From Pontiella sp. (GTDB lineage: Bacteria > Verrucomicrobiota > Kiritimatiellia > Kiritimatiellales > Pontiellaceae): DNA of 24,000 bases. The stretch lies in assembly GCF_041583075.1 (NCBI RefSeq), contig NZ_JBFHGN010000007.1; one strand, given 5' to 3'. The notes beneath the pieces are model-generated. The model had not been told where the DNA came from and did not search any database. It saw only the letters and a list, made by a program, of their open reading frames with translations. The stretch's first letter is position 1; every line of letters starts with the position of its first letter. Positions 1 through 6,798 of the stretch are shown piece by piece. A program made the translations under genes and the position numbers.

Positions 1-160
1 CCGAAGGGAACACCAGTTCCGACTTCAGGAAGTTTTCCGGGCGCTGGATGATATCCCCCGAATGCGACCGAGCGCGAATCGTCGGTGAATGCTGGTTGAT
101 GACATCCGGCAGGTCGATGACCTCGACCAGATCTCCCGTAGGTTCATGTTTCAGGAACAT
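1..160 (-). CDS. small hypothetical protein, 5' part only (gene runs off the left edge)
   Basis: Not in the ORF track because it is truncated. The reverse strand reads GGAGG (171-167), a 6-nt spacer, then ATG (160-158). The frame then reads MFLKHEPTGDLVEVIDLPDVINQHSPTIRARSHSGDIIQRPENFLKSELVFPS and stays open to position 1. It is divergent from trpB. It resembles short conserved hypothetical proteins I have seen, but I assign no function. Confidence 0.4.
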   Translation of the reverse strand, partial: MFLKHEPTGDLVEVIDLPDVINQHSPTIRARSHSGDIIQRPENFLKSELVFPS

Positions 161-296
161 TCCATACCTCCTGCTATTCGCTTTGTACCTGCTTTCAAAA
201 CGGTTCGACCACGCCGGGAGAAAAGGGTTCATTCGGCAACCGGAAATCTTTTTTTTCACCGCGAAGCGGGGCCGCAATGTTTGCGGGGCGCGATTC

Positions 297-326
297 TTGA
301 CGTTGTTGCAATGAATCCACTACGCT
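297..326 (+). promoter_or_regulatory. candidate sigma70-type promoter for trpB
   Basis: TTGACG (297-302), an 18-nt spacer, then TACGCT (321-326), about 70 nt upstream of the trpB ATG. This is a pattern match only. Confidence 0.2.
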
Positions 327-395
327 TTGTCCGTTTTTATCATCGGTTGCCAGAGGCGGCAGGTGGTTAGTCACAGTGAATCCACGGAGGAAGAG

Positions 396-1640
396 ATGGG
401 CGAATACGCAACCTATATGAAGCAGTTTCCAAATGACCAAGGCTATTTCGGCGCGTACGGCGGCGCCTTTATTCCCCCGCAGCTCGAAGAGCCTTTCAAA
501 GAGATTACGGAGGCCTATCTTCGGATTAGCCGGTCGCACGATTTTATTTCCGAACTGCGGCGCATCCGCAAGCACTACCAGGGCCGCCCGACGCCGGTGT
601 ACCATGCGAAAAACATTTCCGACCTGATTGGTTCCGGATGCCAGATTTATCTGAAACGCGAGGATCTCAACCATACCGGGGCCCATAAGCTGAATCACTG
701 CATGGGCGAAGGCCTGCTGGCCAAGTTCATGGGCAAGAAGAAGCTTATTGCCGAAACCGGAGCCGGGCAGCACGGCGTGGCGCTTGCGACGGCGGCGGCC
801 TATTTCGGTTTGGAGTGCGAAATCCACATGGGCGAAGTCGATATCGCCAAAGAGGCCCCGAACGTCACCCGGATGAAGTTGCTCGGCTGCAAGGTCGTTC
901 CGGTAACGCACGGCCTGAAAACGCTGAAGGAAGCCGTCGATTCCGCGTTCGTCGCCTATCTGGAAGATCCCGTAAACTCGATCTATTGCATCGGTTCGGT
1001 GGTCGGCCCGCATCCGTTCCCGGCCATGGTTCGCGATTTCCAGTATGTCGTTGGAGCCGAAGCGCGCGACCAGATCATCGAAATGACGGGCAGCCTGCCC
1101 GAAACCGTGATGGCCTGTGTCGGCGGCGGATCGAATGCGATGGGCATGTTTGCCCCGTTCCTCGACGATCCGGTCGAGCTGATCGGCATCGAGCCGGGCG
1201 GACGCGGCGAAGGGTTGGGCGATCACGCGGCCACCATGACTTATGGTTCCGAGGGCATCATCCACGGATTCAAATGCTATCTGTTGCAGGACCAAGCCGG
1301 CGAGCCAAGCCCGGTTTACTCGATTGCCAGCGGCCTTGATTACCCGGGGGTTGGTCCGGAGCACAGCTACCTGCACGACATCAAGCGGGTCAAATACGGC
1401 GTGGCCAGCGACGATGAGTGCCTGGAATCCTTCTACCTGCTTTGCCGGGCCGAAGGCATCATCCCCGCCCTCGAAAGCGCCCATGCCGTTGCCGGCGCCA
1501 TCCGCGAGGCGCGAAATCGCAACCATGGCACCATCCTCGTCAACTTGAGCGGCCGGGGCGACAAAGACCTCGACTTCGTAACCGAAAACTATGGATTCGG
1601 CGACGAGTATCTACAGGATTGGCCCTCGCTGCTGAATTAA
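396..1640 (+). CDS. trpB: tryptophan synthase beta chain
   Basis: Aligns along its full length with canonical TrpB. Shared motifs include GYFGAYGG, the PLP-lysine motif [38 protein letters not shown] and [10 protein letters not shown] place the start at ATG 396, preceded by GGAGG (386-390), not at the track start 327. No trpA is adjacent. Confidence 0.95.
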   Translation: MGEYATYMKQFPNDQGYFGAYGGAFIPPQLEEPFKEITEAYLRISRSHDFISELRRIRKHYQGRPTPVYHAKNISDLIGSGCQIYLKREDLNHTGAHKLNHCMGEGLLAKFMGKKKLIAETGAGQHGVALATAAAYFGLECEIHMGEVDIAKEAPNVTRMKLLGCKVVPVTHGLKTLKEAVDSAFVAYLEDPVNSIYCIGSVVGPHPFPAMVRDFQYVVGAEARDQIIEMTGSLPETVMACVGGGSNAMGMFAPFLDDPVELIGIEPGGRGEGLGDHAATMTYGSEGIIHGFKCYLLQDQAGEPSPVYSIASGLDYPGVGPEHSYLHDIKRVKYGVASDDECLESFYLLCRAEGIIPALESAHAVAGAIREARNRNHGTILVNLSGRGDKDLDFVTENYGFGDEYLQDWPSLLN

Positions 1641-1650
1641 TCCAATCCTC

Positions 1651-1685
1651 AAAAAAAAAAGCCCCGCATTGCGGGGCTTTTTTTA
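1651..1685. terminator. bidirectional rho-independent terminator between convergent trpB and the DUF4139 gene
   Basis: A10 tract (1651-1660), stem GCCCCGC (1661-1667), loop ATT, stem GCGGGGC (1671-1677), then T8 (1678-1685). It reads as hairpin plus U-tract on both strands. Confidence 0.85.
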
Positions 1686-1766
1686 TTATCCAAGCGTGAT
1701 TCGCGTTTGCGCCATCCGCATATCGTCCGGGGTTTTCCGAGTTGGTTTGTGGCGGCACTCCCGGAT

Positions 1767-2882
1767 TTATGGGCGGATGTTGCGGCGGTGGTAGTGCATC
1801 TCGAAATCCTTTTTCCCGTTGGCGGGCAGCTCGATTTCGAACTTGAGGGTGGAGGCGTCTTCCAGCTCATACTCCATGTTGCACGCTTCCATGTCCCACT
1901 GTCCGTCGATGTGCTGGATCAGCGTCAGTCGGGCGGGCGTGTCCTTGAAGTTTTCGATCTTCGCCGTAATCAGCTCGTCGGTGTCGTAAAGCACGACATC
2001 GTTCCGGCTGTTCTTCCGGAGGTTGATCTGGCGGTCGGTCATCTTTTTCTGCGTCACGACGATGTCGCGGCTGTCGCCGATGTAGACCTCCATCTCTTCG
2101 CCAACGGGCACCAGTCCCGGGCGGTCCTCGCCCAATACGATGGTGCCGCCGCTGCCGTCGTCCTGATAGACGCGCGCCTTGCCGCCGTTGAGCGCAAATC
2201 GGCCCAGCCCGCTTTCCTGCGTGTTGGCGATCTTGTAGGAGACCGGAATCCCGACGTTGCCCTTCTCGCGCTCCGGATCCCACGGCAGTTTCGCGGCATC
2301 GAAGGTCCAGATCTTTTCAACCGGCACCTCGCCCGCCTTGAGGAAAAGCATCTGCTTGGTCTCCTCGTGCTGGATGCCGCGCTCGAAGGCCTCGCCATAG
2401 TCGAGCAGCACCCGCGCATTCTCGAAATCCTCGCCCGAAAAGTTGCGCAGCACCAGGTAGCTCTTGAGGTCCACCTTCGACTCCGCCTTGTCGGCCACCA
2501 TTTTATAGGTCACCAGCCGATCGATGTAGGAGAGCAGGTACGAGATCCGCACCGGCTGTTCCTTCGCCGACGTGCTGGCGATTTCCCAGACCAGCGCCTG
2601 CTCGTTCGGCGGATAGCTGACATTGAGCAGCACCGTTTCGTCGGCATTGCCGAGGACGGTCAGGCGGATGGAATCGGAATCGATGTTCACGCCCTTCCAC
2701 GAGAAGTCGACCTGGTTGATTCCCTGCTGCAGGGTCAGCACGCGCTCTTCCTCGATCAGCGTCGCATCCGGGTTGTCGAGCCGGATATCGGTCTGTCCGC
2801 GCTCCGGCAGCGCCACCATCTTGATCCGCGCATGGGTTGTTGCAGAAACAATCAGTAGTAGTGTGGTGATAATATATTTCAT
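1767..2882 (-). CDS. secreted DUF4140/DUF4139 (MuiA-like) family protein, divergent paralog
   Basis: Start placed at ATG 2882-2880, after GGAG in GCAAACGGAGA. The signal peptide is MKYIITTLLLIVSATTHA. It keeps family strings RNFSGEDFENARVLL, ARVYQDDG..IVLGEDRPGLVPVGEEMEVYIGDSRDIVV and KIENFKDTPARLTLIQHI. The 22 codons upstream in the track ORF are a translation of the heptamer repeat, not protein. Confidence 0.8.
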   Translation of the reverse strand: MKYIITTLLLIVSATTHARIKMVALPERGQTDIRLDNPDATLIEEERVLTLQQGINQVDFSWKGVNIDSDSIRLTVLGNADETVLLNVSYPPNEQALVWEIASTSAKEQPVRISYLLSYIDRLVTYKMVADKAESKVDLKSYLVLRNFSGEDFENARVLLDYGEAFERGIQHEETKQMLFLKAGEVPVEKIWTFDAAKLPWDPEREKGNVGIPVSYKIANTQESGLGRFALNGGKARVYQDDGSGGTIVLGEDRPGLVPVGEEMEVYIGDSRDIVVTQKKMTDRQINLRKNSRNDVVLYDTDELITAKIENFKDTPARLTLIQHIDGQWDMEACNMEYELEDASTLKFEIELPANGKKDFEMHYHRRNIRP

Positions 2883-2905
2883 GGTTAAATCTCCGTTTGC
2901 TTGAA

Positions 2906-2940
2906 GAGTGATTCGTGAGCCGTGAGCCGTGATTCGTGAT
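2906..2940 (-). repeat. five tandem heptamers (sense-strand unit N-TCACG-N) in the leader of the gene at 1767-2882
   Basis: The plus strand reads gagtgat tcgtgag ccgtgag ccgtgat tcgtgat. The array sits 23 nt upstream of the ATG, directly 5' of the conserved GCAAACGGAGA RBS block. The whole leader (2883-2965) aligns with the leader at 4298-4366. Confidence 0.8.
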
Positions 2941-2965
2941 GGTTTCACGTATCAATCGTCACTCA

Positions 2966-4297
2966 TCACTGTTGGTTATCCCCGTGGTTGGTCGTCAGCT
3001 GATAGGTGAATGTTTTCTTCGACTCGGGCGGCAGTTCGAGGGTGAACTTCACCGTGTCCGCGTCGTCCTTTTCGAATGTTCCGAAGTCGCCCGCCTTTTC
3101 GATTTTCCAATAGGTGGACCCAAGGTTGCGTTTGATTTCGACCTTCACCGGAACCGGCCGCGTGTTGCGCACTTCCACTTCGAAGTCGTGGATTTCGTCC
3201 CAGCCGGAAACATTGCCCTTGCGGTCGAAGCGATGGTTGGCCGTGGCCTGTTTCATCCGTTTCGGCTCCACGATCACGTTTTCCACCCGGCCGAGGTCGA
3301 GCTCCACCTTTTCGTCGATCGGGATATACTTGAAACTCGACTGCCCTTCGAAGGCAAGGTGCGCCGCCTCGCCCGTAAGCCGGAAGACCCGCATCGACCC
3401 GCCGGGGATCGGCGTTTCGCCCAGCGCATGCTCCTCGTCGTTCTTGAAGCTCAGGAACCGGCGCACGTGGCTGCCGTAGCGTTCCTCTTCGAACTTGTAG
3501 AGATTTGCCACCGGGATTGCGTCGGTATCGAAACTCGGCAACCGCTTCGACCAGCCCGTCGGGATCGTTTCCGTCCCTTCGATCGTGTAGAGGAAATATT
3601 CGCTCAGCCCCTCTTTCTTGATCTCTTTTGGGGCGGCCATTCCGAAATAATCCACCGAATCCTCCATCGCCATCACCACGCCCTTGGCCACTTTCATTCT
3701 TGAAGTGGTTGGCCGGTCATAGGCCACCCGTTCGGGGCGGGGCGTGCCATAGGGATGCTCTTGCCGGGCGAGTTCCGCGATTTGGTCGAGCATGTGCACC
3801 TTGCCGACGATCAGGCGGGTTTGGGCGTTTTCATAATCCTCGCCGCTGTTGTTCGTCACCCGCACATAGCCCTGCAGGCGCAACTTGGTCTCGTCGGGCG
3901 TCAGCGTGCCCATATAAAACGCGCGCCACGAAAGTCCGCTGGTCAGATAGCTGATCTCCACGGGCGACTTCCCGCTGACCCGGCTATCCACATTCCACAG
4001 GCCCAGGTTTTGGACGCGCGGCGGATAAACCAGATCCAGGATATCGATCTTGTCCGCGTTCGCCTTCGGCTGCATTTCCAGACTCGTCGGATCGATCAAG
4101 GTGTTCGCCCACGAAAACTGGAGCTTGTTGATGCCCTCCTTGAGGGTCAGCGCGCGCTGCTCGCGCACCAGCGTCATATCGGCCGAGTTGTAGATCGTCA
4201 ACTGCACCGTATCGCGTGTCGGGATCGTTGCCAGATCCATCTTGGCCTGGACGCCCGTCGCGGCGGCCAGCACCAATAGTTGAATGATTCTTCTCAT
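2966..4297 (-). CDS. secreted DUF4140/DUF4139 (MuiA-like) family protein
   Basis: Start placed at ATG 4297-4295, after GGAG. The signal peptide is MRRIIQLLVLAAATGVQA. It is a close paralog of the C-terminal domain of the anti-sigma protein. Shared strings include VQLTIYN, NTLIDPTSL, LVYPPR, NNSGEDYENAQTRLIVG, LSEYFLYTIEG, NLYKFEEER and KGNVSGWDEI. Confidence 0.85.
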   Translation of the reverse strand: MRRIIQLLVLAAATGVQAKMDLATIPTRDTVQLTIYNSADMTLVREQRALTLKEGINKLQFSWANTLIDPTSLEMQPKANADKIDILDLVYPPRVQNLGLWNVDSRVSGKSPVEISYLTSGLSWRAFYMGTLTPDETKLRLQGYVRVTNNSGEDYENAQTRLIVGKVHMLDQIAELARQEHPYGTPRPERVAYDRPTTSRMKVAKGVVMAMEDSVDYFGMAAPKEIKKEGLSEYFLYTIEGTETIPTGWSKRLPSFDTDAIPVANLYKFEEERYGSHVRRFLSFKNDEEHALGETPIPGGSMRVFRLTGEAAHLAFEGQSSFKYIPIDEKVELDLGRVENVIVEPKRMKQATANHRFDRKGNVSGWDEIHDFEVEVRNTRPVPVKVEIKRNLGSTYWKIEKAGDFGTFEKDDADTVKFTLELPPESKKTFTYQLTTNHGDNQQ

Positions 4298-4312
4298 GTT
4301 TTCTCTCCGTTT

Positions 4313-4347
4313 GCGGGAGTCGTGATGCGTGAAACGTGAGCCGTGAT
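4313..4347 (-). repeat. five tandem heptamers (sense-strand unit N-TCACG-N) in the leader of the gene at 2966-4297
   Basis: The plus strand reads gcgggag tcgtgat gcgtgaa acgtgag ccgtgat. The array sits 15 nt upstream of the ATG and abuts the same GCAAACGGAGA block. Confidence 0.8.
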
Positions 4348-4366
4348 TTTCTACACGTCTCAATCG

Positions 4367-6112
4367 TCACTCTTCACGCCTTGTCCCATGTTGCACCGTC
4401 AGTTCGTATTCGATGGTTCTTTTGCTCCGCGGTTCGATCGTTTCCATGAAGCGGAAATGCTCCGCATCGTATGTTGTAACCGCCGCATCCGTTTCGACCT
4501 TCCAGTCGGCCGACTCGGCCCAGCGCATGATTTCCACATCGACCGGGCGGTCTTCCGCGTTGGTGATCTCGATCTTCCAGTCGGTGATTTCGTCCCAGCC
4601 GGAAATGTTGCCTTTTTGGTCAAACTCAAAATTTTCGGTGCGGGTGCGCATCCGCTTGGGGGCCACCATCACTTTCCGGGCAACGCCCAGCTCCAGCTCC
4701 ACCTTTTCGCCAACGGGGATGTATTGGATGCTCGATGCGCCAACGTAGACGAGGCTTTCCGTTTCGCCGGCGTGGCCGAACACCCGGACTTGCCCCTCGG
4801 GCAACGGGGCTTTGCCGAGCTTGCAGGTTTCGGTGTTGGCGATCGAAAGGTAGCGTATGGTTTGGTCGCCCCAGCGTTCGGCCTCGAATTTATAAAGGTT
4901 GGTGACGCCGATCTCCTGCGCCTCGATATTCGGCAGCCGCTTGCCCCAGCCATCTCGAATCGTCTCCCGCCCCTCGATGGTGTAGAGCTGGTATTCGCTG
5001 AGCGCTTTCTTGAAGATTTCTTTTATGTCTTCTGCATCGTAATTAAAAAACCGGGCTTCAATTTCGACTTCTTGGCGGTTGAACTGCCATTTGTCATTCG
5101 CCGAAACCGTGTTGCTGCGGGACAAAACCTCGATCCCCGGGGTGCCATAGGGAGGGGTCCGTTTGGCCAGCGTCGCGATTTTTTCATCAATGTTGATCTC
5201 TCCCACCACCAACCGCGTTTCGGCGTTCTCGTAATCTTCGCCACTGCCGTTGTCGATGCGGACGTAGGATTTGAGCTTCATGGATTGTTGGTCGGGCGCG
5301 AGGGTGGCTTCGTAGAAGGCGTTCCATTTGAGGCCGGAGGTAAAATAGGTCAGCTCGAATTCGGCCTCGCCGCTGAATTCGGAAAAGATCGTCCAGCGCG
5401 CCAGCTCGTTCAGCCGCGGCGGATAAACCAACTGGGTGATTTCGATCTGGTCCGCATGGGTGACGGGACGCAGGTCGAGCGACGTCGGGTCGATGAGCGT
5501 ATTGCTCCACATAAACTGGAGCCAGTTCCAGCCGCGCTTGAGCGTCATCTTCCGCGTTTCGCGGACGAGGGTGAGGTCCTCGGCGTTGTAGATCGTCAGC
5601 TGCACCTCGTCGCGCCGCGGCAGGACGTTGAGCTCGATGTTGCTCGCCGGCGCGAACGGCTGGGATGCCCGCAGCGCGGCGAGGGTAGGGACGGCGGTCC
5701 CAGCCGTCCGCGCGCCGGAATCGGTCGAGGTGGAGTTTGCCTCTCCCAACCTGCCGGACGCCGGGGCAGGCGGGCCGCCTGCGGTGCGATCCTCTACGGG
5801 CAGGCCGGGCCGGATCAGCAGAAACGCAAAAGCGATGCTCGCGGCGGCGGCAAGAATGATCGCCGGGCGCCAAACAAGGAGCTTCGATCGTCCGGGTTGC
5901 CGACATTCCGCCAGAACGGCCTCGATTCGTTCCTCCGAAACCTCGGGCTGTTCGTTCAATACGTCCAGCGCGGCAAACTGCGCCTCGATGGCCTGAAGCG
6001 CATCCCGGCATTCGGCGCAGCGTTGCAGATGCGCGTCGATCTTGCCGCGTTCCGTTTCCGGCAACAGATTGAATTGGTATTCCCTGAGTTGGTCGGTGCT
6101 GAAATGGGTCAT
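4367..6112 (-). CDS. anti-sigma factor: zf-HC2 domain, one TM helix, low-complexity linker, DUF4140/DUF4139 extracytoplasmic domain
   Basis: Start ATG 6112-6110 overlaps the sigma stop as ATGA and is preceded by AGGAGG with a 6-nt spacer. The N-terminus MTHFSTDQLREYQFNLLPE...HLQRCAECRD carries the H-x3-C-x2-C anti-sigma motif. The TM helix is WRPAIILAAAASIAFAFLLI, followed by a P/A/G/S/T-rich linker. The C-terminal ~400 aa are paralogous to the two downstream proteins. Confidence 0.85.
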   Translation of the reverse strand: MTHFSTDQLREYQFNLLPETERGKIDAHLQRCAECRDALQAIEAQFAALDVLNEQPEVSEERIEAVLAECRQPGRSKLLVWRPAIILAAAASIAFAFLLIRPGLPVEDRTAGGPPAPASGRLGEANSTSTDSGARTAGTAVPTLAALRASQPFAPASNIELNVLPRRDEVQLTIYNAEDLTLVRETRKMTLKRGWNWLQFMWSNTLIDPTSLDLRPVTHADQIEITQLVYPPRLNELARWTIFSEFSGEAEFELTYFTSGLKWNAFYEATLAPDQQSMKLKSYVRIDNGSGEDYENAETRLVVGEINIDEKIATLAKRTPPYGTPGIEVLSRSNTVSANDKWQFNRQEVEIEARFFNYDAEDIKEIFKKALSEYQLYTIEGRETIRDGWGKRLPNIEAQEIGVTNLYKFEAERWGDQTIRYLSIANTETCKLGKAPLPEGQVRVFGHAGETESLVYVGASSIQYIPVGEKVELELGVARKVMVAPKRMRTRTENFEFDQKGNISGWDEITDWKIEITNAEDRPVDVEIMRWAESADWKVETDAAVTTYDAEHFRFMETIEPRSKRTIEYELTVQHGTRREE

Positions 6113-6654
6113 CGCAAACCTCCTTGCGGCAACTTCACGGCCAGGGTTTTGAGGGCGCGCGACATGTGGGTTTTCACGGTGCCCAGCGAACATCCCATGA
6201 TTTCGGCGACTTCCGGGTAGGTGTGCCCCTGGTAGTAGGCGAGCACCAGCGCGGCGCGTTGCTTGGGCGGCAAGGTTTCGACGGCGGCTTTGACGCGGTG
6301 GCGGAGTTCGGACTGGGCGGTTTGCTCGTCGGGCGTGCCGGCGGGGTCGGTTTGCTCGATTTCGAACGGCTGGGTCTCCGGGCTGCGGTTGTTTTTCCGG
6401 ATGCTGTCGATCGCAATCCGCGTGGCGATGGTGAAGAGCCAGCTCTTGAATCTGGCGCCGGTTCGATAGGTGTGCGCCTTTTGGTGCACCCGCAGGAAGG
6501 TTTCCTGGAACAGGTCTTCGGCCGTTTCGCTGTTATGCACCATTCGCATCAGATATCCGTATAGCCCGCTTTTGTATCGGCGCAACAGGGCCGGGAAGGC
6601 CGTTTGATCGCCATCCCGGTACGCTTCCATCAGAAGTTCGTCGCTCTGCTCCAT
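6109..6654 (-). CDS. ECF-type RNA polymerase sigma-70 family factor
   Basis: 181 aa. Region 2 is DLFQETFLRVHQK...FKSWLFTIATRIAIDSIRK. Region 4 is LPPKQRAALVLAYYQGHTYPEVAEIMGCSLGTVKTHMSRALKTL. It is translationally coupled to the anti-sigma gene. Confidence 0.92.
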   Translation of the reverse strand: MEQSDELLMEAYRDGDQTAFPALLRRYKSGLYGYLMRMVHNSETAEDLFQETFLRVHQKAHTYRTGARFKSWLFTIATRIAIDSIRKNNRSPETQPFEIEQTDPAGTPDEQTAQSELRHRVKAAVETLPPKQRAALVLAYYQGHTYPEVAEIMGCSLGTVKTHMSRALKTLAVKLPQGGLR

Positions 6655-6680
6655 TAAACGCCGCGGTTCCTTTATTGCCT

Positions 6681-6709
6681 ATACGCCTGTCGTCGCGGTT
6701 CGGTTTACA
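6681..6709 (-). promoter_or_regulatory. candidate ECF-type (autoregulated) promoter upstream of the sigma gene
   Basis: The minus strand reads TGTAAAC (6709-6703), 17 nt, then CGTAT (6685-6681), ending 26 nt upstream of the ATG. It resembles the AAC / CGT architecture of ECF promoters such as B. subtilis sigW and sigX. This is a pattern match only. Confidence 0.35.
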
Positions 6710-6741
6710 AAAATTCCGTGCTTTTTTCGCGAAGCGGAATT
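6705..6741 (-). terminator. possible weak terminator after bioB
   Basis: Inverted repeat AATTCCG (6712-6718) and CGGAATT (6735-6741) with a 16-nt loop. On the minus strand it is followed by TTTGT. The large loop and short U-tract make this weak. It overlaps the candidate -35 element. Confidence 0.25.
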
Positions 6742-6798
6742 CTATCCCCTTTCCCGTCGGTTGGAAACGATGCGGACGGATTTTTTGAGCGGGCAGGG

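Noticed and set aside
327-395. 23-codon N-terminal extension of trpB in the ORF track.
   Set aside because: The internal ATG at 396 has a GGAGG 5 nt upstream and gives a canonical TrpB N-terminus. The extension has no homology.
161-395. Possible trp attenuator or leader peptide, a T8 tract (249-256), a small hairpin CCGCAA-TGT-TTGCGG (271-285), and a 9-nt direct repeat TGAATCCAC (312-320 and 377-385).
   Set aside because: There is no leader ORF with Trp codons. The T-tract precedes the hairpin rather than following it, and the stem is only 6 bp. A single 9-mer repeat in 235 nt could be chance.
195-1526. 443-aa ORF antisense to trpB.
   Set aside because: This is a shadow ORF of a GC-rich coding region. 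It is rich in Arg, Ala and Gly and has no recognisable motifs, while the plus-strand frame is an unambiguous full-length TrpB.
396-1640. Orphan status of trpB (no trpA) and of bioB (no bioF/D/A) considered as a finding.
   Set aside because: Dispersed trp and bio genes are common in many bacterial lineages. Without the rest of the genome this is not informative.
1694-1710. An isolated gcgtgat unit plus cgtttgc (the complement of GCAAACG) downstream of the last DUF4139 gene, considered as a possible remnant of a third leader copy.
   Set aside because: There is only one unit, and the two pieces are in the opposite order from the real leaders. It is too short to distinguish from chance.
2906-2940. 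The heptamer arrays considered as a CRISPR array or mini-satellite expansion.
   Set aside because: The units are 7 nt with no spacers. Both arrays have five units at homologous positions, so this is not a CRISPR and not obviously hypervariable.
2883-2948. N-terminal extensions (MKPSRITAHGSRIT... and MRRVENHGSRFTHH...) of the two DUF4139 ORFs, here and at 4298-4363.
   Set aside because: They are in-frame translations of the heptamer repeat. The real starts are the internal ATGs, which are preceded by GGAG and followed by classical signal peptides.
1707-6220. Long plus-strand ORFs (1707-2858, 2936-3703, 3755-4279, 4343-6220) opposite the DUF4139 and anti-sigma genes.
   Set aside because: These are antisense shadow frames typical of high-GC DNA. 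Their composition is low-complexity (R/G/A/V/D-rich). The minus-strand frames carry signal peptides, RBSs and mutually alignable paralogs.
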